The notes under the pieces are model-generated. The model saw only the letters and a list, made by a program, of their open reading frames with translations, was not told the DNA's origin and did not search any database. Below are positions 47,976-55,242 of a DNA stretch of 60,277 nt, in pieces. Made by a program: the position numbers and the translations under genes. This DNA comes from a virus (Duplodnaviria > Caudoviricetes): IMG/VR virus record IMGVR_UViG_3300042475_003740, positions 1 through 60,277 of that record; one strand, written 5' to 3'. Position 1 is the stretch's first letter. Every line of letters begins with the position of its first letter.

Positions 47976-48001
47976 CATTCAGTATATCGCACCACAAGAC
48001 A

Positions 48002-49387
48002 TTGACCACAATCCTTCGCCCCCGCCAAGTTCAAGCCTTGGCTGATCTGCGACTGGCCTATGCGCAAGGCGCCAGGGCACCAATTCTGGTGGCGCCTACC
48101 GGATTCGGCAAAACCGCAACGGCCGCTGAAATCGTCCGCCAAGCCGTCGCTAAGGGCCGAAAGGTGTGGTTCCTGGCTCACCTGCGGGAGATCCTTGACG
48201 ACACGTCCGCCCGGTTGACTGCTGCGGGCATCAGCCACGGGCAGATCCGTGCGGGCCGATCGTCGGACTACTCAGCGGCGGTGCAGATTGTTGCCGTTCA
48301 AACTGCTGTACGTCGCCCGCGGCTGCCGAGGCCGGATCTGGTGATCATCGATGAATGCCATCTGGCGGTAGCCACCAGCTACCAGAAGGTGATGGCCGCC
48401 ACCGGCTGGCCGTTGCTGCTGGGTCTGACCGGCACTCCGCAACGGCTGGATGGCCGGGGCCTGGGGGAGGTGTTCGACCGGCTGGTGCTGACCTGCGGCA
48501 GCGCGGAACTGATCGAGGAGGGCCTGCTGGCACCGGTGCGGCTATTCGAGCCACCGGGGCTGGACCTGTCGGGCCTGCGCAGCCGTGCGGGAGAGTTTGA
48601 TCAGGGCCAGGCGGGCGACTTGCTGTCGAAGCCGGCGGTGGTTGGTGATGCGCTGAGCCACTGGAAGCGGTTGTGCATCGGCCGGCGCGGCGTGGCGTTC
48701 TGCACCACCGTTGCGCATGCCCATGCGGTGGCCGAGCAGTGGCAGCAGGCCGGATTCCGCGCGATGGCGGTGCATGGCGGCAGCGATGACGCGGAGCGTC
48801 GCGAGGCGATCGTTGGGCTGCGGGCCGGGCGCCTGGATCTTGTTGCTTGCGCTCAGCTCTGGATCGCCGGTGTTGACGTGCCGGAGATCGACGCGGTGAT
48901 CTGGCTGCGGCCGACGCAGAGTCTGACGGCATGGCTGCAGGGGATCGGGCGTGGGCTGCGGATTGCTCCGGGGAAGCGCGACCTGATCATCCTGGATCAC
49001 GTCGGCAACCGCGCCAGGCTGGGTCACCCGCTGGAGGTGCATGACTGGACGCTGGAGGGCCGGCAAAAGCGACAGCGCGAGGCGACGCTATCGGTGAAGA
49101 TTTGCCCCTCCTGTTTCAGCAGCGTGGCGAGCCGGTTGCCCGAGTGCCCGGAATGCGGCCATCGCTTCGTGGCGGAACGCCGTGCGCTTGAGCATGTGGA
49201 TGGTGAGCTTGTGGAAGTGGATCCGCTGCAGCTGCAGCGCGAGCAGCGCCGCGAGCAGGGCGAGGCCACCACCCTGGAGGCCCTGATCGATGTGGGCAAG
49301 CGTCGGGGGATGAAGAACCCCCGCGGCTGGGCCCGGCATGTCCTGGCTGCCCGGCAGGCGAAGGGTCACTGGGCGGGGGTGGCGTGA
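48002..49387 (+). CDS. SF2 DEAD/DEAH-like helicase with a C-terminal Zn finger
   Basis: LRPRQ, APTGFGKT, IIDECH, LTGTP, QGIGRGLR and CPSC...CPECG. Confidence 0.92.
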   Translation: MTTILRPRQVQALADLRLAYAQGARAPILVAPTGFGKTATAAEIVRQAVAKGRKVWFLAHLREILDDTSARLTAAGISHGQIRAGRSSDYSAAVQIVAVQTAVRRPRLPRPDLVIIDECHLAVATSYQKVMAATGWPLLLGLTGTPQRLDGRGLGEVFDRLVLTCGSAELIEEGLLAPVRLFEPPGLDLSGLRSRAGEFDQGQAGDLLSKPAVVGDALSHWKRLCIGRRGVAFCTTVAHAHAVAEQWQQAGFRAMAVHGGSDDAERREAIVGLRAGRLDLVACAQLWIAGVDVPEIDAVIWLRPTQSLTAWLQGIGRGLRIAPGKRDLIILDHVGNRARLGHPLEVHDWTLEGRQKRQREATLSVKICPSCFSSVASRLPECPECGHRFVAERRALEHVDGELVEVDPLQLQREQRREQGEATTLEALIDVGKRRGMKNPRGWARHVLAARQAKGHWAGVA

Positions 49388-50127
49388 CTCTCCGCATGAT
49401 CGACACCTTCAGCGGCATCGGCGGCTTCTCGCTGGCGGCACGCTGGCTAGGCGAGATCGAGACGGTTCAGTTCGTGGAGCGCGAGCCGTACTGCCAGCGG
49501 ATCCTTCGTAAGCACTGGCCCACTGTCCCTATTCACGATGACATCTGCACCTATGAACCCGAGCCCGGTTCAGCCGACATTGTTTGCGGTGGATTTCCCT
49601 GCCAGGACTTATCGATCGCAGGGCAACGTCGTGGCCTTGGACATGACACCCGTTCCGGCCTGTTCTATCAGCTGCTCCGAATCGTTCGCGTGGTACGACC
49701 ACAGTTCGTCGTCATGGAAAACGTGGCGGCAATACTTGACGGGCACCTGGGAGCCGTGGTCGGAGCGCTGGCCGCGAATGGGTATGACTGTGAATGGGCA
49801 TGCGTATCAGCTGCCGATCTTGGAGCTTGGCACGTACGTGATCGGTGGTGGGCAGTTGCCTACCCCGAGTGCTACCGAATACAAGGGCACCTGCCGGACG
49901 CGATTTCGTGGCAGCGAGGACTCACGGATGTCACGTTTAGTGGAAGGGTTGAGAGTCTGCTCTACGGACCCCCAAGTGGCTCACCCCGATTCCGTGGAGA
50001 TCCTGATGGGGTTCCCGACTGGATGGACCGCCTGAAGGCCTTGGGCAATGCGGTGGTGCCGCAGGTGGCGATGGTGCCGCTGGCCAGGGTGCTGGAGCTG
50101 GACCGGCAGTTGGGGGCGGGGCCATGA
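49384..50127 (+). CDS. DNA cytosine-5 methyltransferase, alpha chain (lacks motif IX)
   Basis: FSGIGG, GGFPCQ, ENV, HVRDR and RLKALGNAVVP motifs. Confidence 0.9.
   Translation: MTLRMIDTFSGIGGFSLAARWLGEIETVQFVEREPYCQRILRKHWPTVPIHDDICTYEPEPGSADIVCGGFPCQDLSIAGQRRGLGHDTRSGLFYQLLRIVRVVRPQFVVMENVAAILDGHLGAVVGALAANGYDCEWACVSAADLGAWHVRDRWWAVAYPECYRIQGHLPDAISWQRGLTDVTFSGRVESLLYGPPSGSPRFRGDPDGVPDWMDRLKALGNAVVPQVAMVPLARVLELDRQLGAGP
49538..50035 (+). CDS. overprinted methyltransferase beta chain carrying motif IX
   Basis: Alternative frame nested in the MTase; LPTPSATEYKG and HPDSVEILMGFPTGWT. Confidence 0.7.
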   Translation: MTSAPMNPSPVQPTLFAVDFPARTYRSQGNVVALDMTPVPACSISCSESFAWYDHSSSSWKTWRQYLTGTWEPWSERWPRMGMTVNGHAYQLPILELGTYVIGGGQLPTPSATEYKGTCRTRFRGSEDSRMSRLVEGLRVCSTDPQVAHPDSVEILMGFPTGWTA

Positions 50128-50185
50128 TCAGACCCCCACCAACTCCAAGCCATCTTCAAATTTTCTCCAAATTAGGAGTTAACCG

Positions 50186-50266
50186 ATGAACGACTGGTCT
50201 GTCACCGTTTTCTGCTGCACCGTCGTTATCTGCCTAACCCTCATCGCAATTTTTGGCAATGGCTAG
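50186..50266 (+). CDS. 26 aa hydrophobic peptide (MNDWSVTVFCCTVVICLTLIAIFGNG)
   Basis: AGGAG Shine-Dalgarno upstream; stop overlaps the start of the RAMP-like gene. Confidence 0.4.
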   Translation: MNDWSVTVFCCTVVICLTLIAIFGNG

Positions 50267-50888
50267 CCCATCTACGACCATGCAGGTGGTCATCACACCG
50301 CCAAACTTCCAACGCCTTGCCATCAACATCAAGGGCACCACTCCGCTGGTGATCAACCGCTTCAGCGCGAAAGCCATGCAGATGATGCGCAAGGCCCAGG
50401 AAACCGGTAGTGCTTCAAGGTCGCGCAAGACACGTGAAGCTAAGGATTTTGATGCGTTGTTCGAGGGCGCCAAGCACATCAGCGACGACGGATGGGAGGG
50501 CATCCATGCCGCCGCGTTTCGCAACGGTGCCATCAGTGCATGTCGCGCCTGCGGGTTCAAGATGACCCACGCCAAGCTGGCCTTCACGGTTGAGCAGGAT
50601 GGCTTCGACCGTGTAGACGGAGCCCCGCTGGTCAGGCTGACAGAGGGCGAGGCTGAGCAGTGGGTAGCTCCTACCAGAAATGCCACCGGCGTGATCGATC
50701 TACGGTGCCGGCCGATGTATCGAGAATGGGGTGCAACACTCAGGATTCGCTATGACGCCGGCATGCTCACCGGCGATGATGTCGTGAACCTGGTGGCGCG
50801 GGTCGGGCTGCAGGTTGGCATCGGCGAAGGTCGGCCGGACTCGAAGATGAGCGCCGGGCTTGGCTTTGGCTTGTTTGAGATCGTGTGA
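50259..50888 (+). CDS. stand-alone RAMP/Cas7-like RNA-binding protein
   Basis: IKGTTPLVI (first strand), GIHAAAFRNGAI (equivalent to IPGSSLKG) and the C-terminal Gly loop VGIGEGRPDSKMSAGLGFGLFEI. Confidence 0.7.
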   Translation: MASPSTTMQVVITPPNFQRLAINIKGTTPLVINRFSAKAMQMMRKAQETGSASRSRKTREAKDFDALFEGAKHISDDGWEGIHAAAFRNGAISACRACGFKMTHAKLAFTVEQDGFDRVDGAPLVRLTEGEAEQWVAPTRNATGVIDLRCRPMYREWGATLRIRYDAGMLTGDDVVNLVARVGLQVGIGEGRPDSKMSAGLGFGLFEIV

Positions 50889-50900
50889 TGGAGATAATCA

Positions 50901-51076
50901 GGCACGGCTGGCTAGGTAAGGCGGCGCACGGGGACGCGAGGTGCGCCATCGCAGGCAAGGCTAGGCGAGGCACTGCCGGACCTGGTGAGGCCAGCCATCG
51001 CTGGCACGTCAAGGCGCGGATTGGCCGGGTAAGGCCATGCAGCGTCGGCAGACTAAGGGGACGGAAGCGTCCCCTT
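50901..51076 (+). ncRNA. candidate guide RNA array of phased GGY-NN pentamers (three 44-49 nt units) plus a terminal hairpin
   Basis: 27 pentamers (17 begin GGY) punctuated by four 4-mers; GCCATCGCWGGCA recurs at 50945 and 50994; hairpin AAGGGGACG-GAAG-CGTCCCCTT. Confidence 0.75.
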
Positions 51077-51097
51077 CCCACTTAACCCCAAATCACC

Positions 51098-51616
51098 ATG
51101 GCCAATTATCGATTCACCAACGATTACAAAGAGTTCGATGATGAGGCGATTGACGCACAGACCGCCGGCGAGGAGCTGAAGCGCATTCATGCCGAGCGTG
51201 GCAAGTTGACCGCCAAAGATGTTGTCGATGAATCGCGGCCTGATGATGCGCCTTTGCATCCTGCATTTGAATGGAGGGATCAGGTTGCCGCCGAGGAGTA
51301 CCGGCAGATTCAGGCGTTGAACCTGATCAAAGTTGTAGAGGTGATCCAGCCCGCCGCCGACGAGCAAAAGCCGGAGCCTGCTTACGTGAAGGTGGCCAGC
51401 AAGCCGGCGCTCTACGAGCCGCCTGCCAAGGTGGTGAAGACGCCACAGTTATTCGAGTCGGCCTTTCTGCAAGCATGCGAGCGCCTCAGGGCCGCAGAGC
51501 GAGCGATGGAGCAGCTTCAGGAGATTGCCAAGCGTGAGCGGCCTGGCGCGTTCAGGCAGTGCGGCAAGGCCGTCTACGTGCTGCGCCAGCTGCAAACGAT
51601 GCTGCCGAGCCGGTGA
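51098..51616 (+). CDS. conserved phage protein, putative partner of the RAMP-like gene
   Basis: GEELKRI...LTAKDVVDESRP..APLHPAFEWRD..AAEEYR motif; directly after the array. Confidence 0.7.
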   Translation: MANYRFTNDYKEFDDEAIDAQTAGEELKRIHAERGKLTAKDVVDESRPDDAPLHPAFEWRDQVAAEEYRQIQALNLIKVVEVIQPAADEQKPEPAYVKVASKPALYEPPAKVVKTPQLFESAFLQACERLRAAERAMEQLQEIAKRERPGAFRQCGKAVYVLRQLQTMLPSR

Positions 51617-51682
51617 GCGCCCGCGCCCTCCCGGAAACCTCCAGCCACAGGGCTCGCCCTGACCCACCGGCAACCCACCACC

Positions 51683-52960
51683 ATGCCTCTCAAGCCCTTT
51701 GCCAAAGGCCACGACCCCGTAGCGCTGGCGGCAGCGCTGGCGATCACCGACCGTGTTGCCAGGCAGGCTGCCATGGACGCCTTGCCTCGACCCGGCGCCA
51801 GGAAGTTGATCGATCCCCAGGCCGGTATCGGCGCCTTTCCGGCCCCGCGCCTGCGCATTGCTGTGCCTGAGGATGAGAGCGCCGAAACCGCCGCCGAACT
51901 GCTCGAAGTGGCTGGCGCCGCGTTGCTTAGGGATGTTCCGCTTGAGGCGATCAATATCCACCCCCTTGCTAATCGGCTGGCGCAGATCCTGGCGGAATTT
52001 GCCGTCGAGGGAACCTTTAGCACTAGCGCCAACCTGACGGCACAGCTTTGCCGGCAGCATGGTGCAGACGGCTTATTTCGAATCCATGCAGGCAGGCGGG
52101 GCCCGCGACTTGGCGCCCTGTTGGCGGCCAACGTCCCGTCAGGCTGGGGTGCGCCGCTGAGCTTTGCCTCCCGTCGGCGGTTGGGCTCGTATGGAGCGAC
52201 GGCTGACGAATGGGCTGCGCTGCAGCGGGGCAACGTGCCGCGACCTCAGTCGCTGAGTCCGCATCCCGAGCCAATCGCCACCGGCCGCGATATTGCCAGC
52301 CTCGCTGATCAGGATCCGCCGATCGAGATCCCTGATCTGATTGCCCGCCTGCTGCTGGCGGCCGGTGCGTCGTATTCCAGCCGGTTTGCCACCAGGCCAA
52401 ACGAGGTGCCGTTCGTCAGGAATGGCGGCGCTGTCGATCTGCAGTGCTCGATAGCAGAAGCGGCCGCCCCTGCGATGCGTTGCGCGTGGAAGTTGAAGTT
52501 CTTCGGCGCCCGCCGTCAGCGGCCGGAGGAGCTGTGGCCCCGCGCCATTGCTGGTGAGCTCCACCCGTCATTTCGTGAGCGGGGGCAATGGATCATCGAT
52601 CAGATTGGCGACTTCCTGCCGATGGCCTACGCCCCAGGGAGCCCCCTGCACAGCGATGATCCAAGCGGGCATGCCGTTTTGGCGGGTGTGGGCTTCACGT
52701 TGCTTAAGGCTTGGTTTGCTGATGGCCCCGTGCCATCGCTGGGCCTCGTTCGCCTCCATGAGGAGTTGGATTTGATGGCCAGCCATATGAGCTGGGGCCG
52801 AATCTGGGCTGGGATCCATAGCCCGTCATCCGTGCGTCGTGGCCTGGAGCTGGGGCAGCACTTTGCAATTCAGTTGCTCAATCGCCAGAAAGCCGAGAGC
52901 CCGACAGTGCTGGGCAATACAAGTTTCCTGAGCTATAGCGGGCAGATGCTTACTGTTTAG
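51683..52960 (+). CDS. vanadium-dependent haloperoxidase-like protein (PAP2 superfamily)
   Basis: AWKLKF...RRQRPEE, GSPLHSDDPSGHA and GRIWAGIH motifs. Confidence 0.75.
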   Translation: MPLKPFAKGHDPVALAAALAITDRVARQAAMDALPRPGARKLIDPQAGIGAFPAPRLRIAVPEDESAETAAELLEVAGAALLRDVPLEAINIHPLANRLAQILAEFAVEGTFSTSANLTAQLCRQHGADGLFRIHAGRRGPRLGALLAANVPSGWGAPLSFASRRRLGSYGATADEWAALQRGNVPRPQSLSPHPEPIATGRDIASLADQDPPIEIPDLIARLLLAAGASYSSRFATRPNEVPFVRNGGAVDLQCSIAEAAAPAMRCAWKLKFFGARRQRPEELWPRAIAGELHPSFRERGQWIIDQIGDFLPMAYAPGSPLHSDDPSGHAVLAGVGFTLLKAWFADGPVPSLGLVRLHEELDLMASHMSWGRIWAGIHSPSSVRRGLELGQHFAIQLLNRQKAESPTVLGNTSFLSYSGQMLTV

Positions 52961-53214
52961 CGGATGCGATTTCTTTCTAGCTTAAGTCGCAGTTCTTCAA
53001 GTTCGGCATCTTGCCGCTTGTCAACTGCGTCTTTTTCTTCTTGCTGCTTGCATAATATGGCTAGGATTTCGTTAGTTTTTGCCTGTTCAATAGCTACTTG
53101 AACCAGTTTAGCCCTGATTTCATTGCCGCCGTTGATATAGTTCCCGGCGATGGCCACCGCGATTCCTGCGCCTACACCAGCGGCCCACGGTCCGAGGCGC
53201 ATGGAATCGTTCAT
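52957..53214 (-). CDS. membrane-anchored coiled-coil lysis-associated protein
   Basis: N-terminal TM segment and coiled coil; coupled to the endolysin. Confidence 0.55.
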   Translation of the reverse strand: MNDSMRLGPWAAGVGAGIAVAIAGNYINGGNEIRAKLVQVAIEQAKTNEILAILCKQQEEKDAVDKRQDAELEELRLKLERNRIR

Positions 53215-54488
53215 CGCTGCACCACGATCGCCCAGCCGCTGCCGGGGCCTTCGATCATCCACCGGCGGCCGAAGTTCTTGCGGCTGTAGCGGCAGAATCT
53301 GGCGGGCTTTGGCAGCGTGGCACCCGTCACCAGGTCAGCCTCTCCAAGGGGATCGTGAACAATGACGTGGGTAGCGTCGTAGCCGACAACGATCAGCCAG
53401 TGGCCATCACCAGCCGGCGCGTCAACCGGCCCGCGGTGCAGGTAGCCGCAGGGCACCGGAAAGCCGGCGTCGATGCTGCGCTCCAGTGTGGAGAAGTCGG
53501 CCCGTTTCGTGAAGTCCGCTTGCACCTCATACGACCCCAACGCCTGCACCTGGGCAATCGCGCTGGTGGTATCGCCGAACTGCCTGACCCTGGCCAGGTA
53601 CTGGTCGTCGCCGTTGGGTCCGTGAAGGATGCCGGGCCTGAGGCACGCCAACAGCATGGCGCAGGAGCTGCTGAAGCACATCCGCCGCGCCTGGTCGGTG
53701 GCGCTGTCGAGCTGCGCGAAGTACGGCACCGGCAGGGGGTTACGGCTCCCTGCCGCTGGCGGCACCACCAGCACCGGCTGTTGCACCTGCATGCCCATGG
53801 GGATCGCCGCCACGGCCCGCTGGTAGCAGGCCTCTCGATCGGCCAGGCCGTTGGCCGGATCGCGGCCGTTCACCCTGGCCGACACCTTTCGCACCGTGGC
53901 CCCCGCATCCACCAGGGCATTGATGCCGTTCTGCTGCCACCACAGCCCCGCGGATGTGAACGGATACCTGGCTGCGACGTAGGCGGCACCGGTCATCACG
54001 CCGGGATCTCCCACGGCATCAGCCAGCCGCTGGTAGTTGAAGCGGCCGGTGATCTGCAGCACCCCGGCCCCCTTGAACCGCGGCCCATCACCACGCTGGG
54101 TGTTGCCCAGGTCCGCCCGACCGTTGTAGGCGTCACCGGAAGCGAGCTCCAGCATCCACCGGAGTCCACCGCTTTCGTGCGCCACCTGCGCGAGGAAGTG
54201 CCGGATGCGGGCGGTGGTGGTGATGTCGAACCGCCGGAGGCAAGCGTTCAGATCGACCAGCTGCTCAGCCGTGGGCGCCCGACCGAACACGGCGGTAGCC
54301 TGGGCCATGCTCACCATGTCGTCGGTGCCCGGCTTCGGTGGCACTGCTGAGATCCAGATGCTGCCCAGCTCGCCATCGTTCGCCAGCGCCCCGGGCGGCA
54401 GGTGGGCCTCCACCGCCTCCCAGAACGCCCGGTGATGGGAGAGCTGCAGATCGCTGTGTCGTACGCAGTCCAGTAGGCGGCGAGTCAT
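53211..54488 (-). CDS. endolysin: GH19 + C39-like peptidase domains
   Basis: HFLAQVAHES, FKGAGVLQITGRFNY and NGLADR (GH19); PYFAQ..CFSSSCAM..GHWLIVVGY..HDP (C39). Confidence 0.9.
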   Translation of the reverse strand: MTRRLLDCVRHSDLQLSHHRAFWEAVEAHLPPGALANDGELGSIWISAVPPKPGTDDMVSMAQATAVFGRAPTAEQLVDLNACLRRFDITTTARIRHFLAQVAHESGGLRWMLELASGDAYNGRADLGNTQRGDGPRFKGAGVLQITGRFNYQRLADAVGDPGVMTGAAYVAARYPFTSAGLWWQQNGINALVDAGATVRKVSARVNGRDPANGLADREACYQRAVAAIPMGMQVQQPVLVVPPAAGSRNPLPVPYFAQLDSATDQARRMCFSSSCAMLLACLRPGILHGPNGDDQYLARVRQFGDTTSAIAQVQALGSYEVQADFTKRADFSTLERSIDAGFPVPCGYLHRGPVDAPAGDGHWLIVVGYDATHVIVHDPLGEADLVTGATLPKPARFCRYSRKNFGRRWMIEGPGSGWAIVVQR

Positions 54489-54766
54489 GGCAGATCAGGC
54501 CCGGTGCGCCACCGGTCGGCGCCGTCGGTGGCGGGTGCGTTGTCCTCGGGGCGGCGCAGGGCAGGGTTGAGGGTGTTGAAGCCGGCCTTCCAGCCGACAG
54601 CGGCACCACCTCCTGCGCCAAACCCGATGCCCATCAGGCTGCCGCCGGTCATCCAGCAGCCATCAAAGGTGGCGCCCTTGTTGAACCGGCAGTCAGCGAT
54701 GTAGGCCGCACCGACGACCACGCTCAGCGATGCAGCGGTCATCACGGGGGCGAGGGCAGCCTTCAT
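54485..54766 (-). CDS. holin-like membrane protein
   Basis: Two hydrophobic segments; coupled upstream of the endolysin; late motif at 54788-54795. Confidence 0.55.
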   Translation of the reverse strand: MKAALAPVMTAASLSVVVGAAYIADCRFNKGATFDGCWMTGGSLMGIGFGAGGGAAVGWKAGFNTLNPALRRPEDNAPATDGADRWRTGPDLP

Positions 54767-54833
54767 GGGTTCGCGGCGTGTTCCCCCAGCTTTCCGGTCG
54801 GCATGATGGCGGTGCAGATCCGCAACCGCACTG

Positions 54834-55184
54834 ATGGCTACTGAGCAGCAGATTCAGCAGCAGATCCGCCTGGCATGCAGCACCGGTCCCGCCAGGCTGT
54901 GGCGCAACAACGTCGGCCGCCTGCTCGACCAGCACGGCCGAATGGTGACGTTCGGCCTGTGCCCCGGCAGCAGCGATCTGATCGGCTACCGGACGGTCAC
55001 CGTCACTCCTGAGATGGTGGGCCAGGAGCTAGCGGTTTTCACCGCGGTGGAGGTGAAGTCGGCCACTGGCAGGGCCACCAAGGAGCAGACGGCCTTCATC
55101 GAGCACGTGCAGCAGGCCGGCGGCAGGGCGGGAATCGCCCGATCAGTGACGGAAGCTGTAGCGATTGTTACCGGGCACCATTGA
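54834..55184 (+). CDS. VRR-NUC domain nuclease
   Basis: EQQIQQQI, GSSDLIG and VEVK...EQTAF motifs. Confidence 0.88.
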   Translation: MATEQQIQQQIRLACSTGPARLWRNNVGRLLDQHGRMVTFGLCPGSSDLIGYRTVTVTPEMVGQELAVFTAVEVKSATGRATKEQTAFIEHVQQAGGRAGIARSVTEAVAIVTGHH

Positions 55185-55242
55185 AAGGCAATCAATACGG
55201 TTCAGAATGAAAATCACAGCAGGCGCCCACCCGGGTATTCCG

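Noticed and set aside
50901-51051. Classical CRISPR array
   Set aside because: There are no 25-40 nt identical repeats separated by unique spacers, and no cas1/cas2. Only a 13-mer recurs, twice.
50885-51085. 66-aa ORF (MMEIIRHGWLG...) and the antisense 104-aa ORF over the pentamer array
   Set aside because: The G/R/A-rich translation is a by-product of a 5-nt periodicity that does not fit codon structure. A non-coding RNA is the better explanation.
51125-51151. YKEFDDEAI codons as a self-target of array unit 1 (TA AA GG AC GA GA GC AT)
   Set aside because: The resemblance is only partial, with mismatches and a register shift. It cannot be supported without a systematic search.
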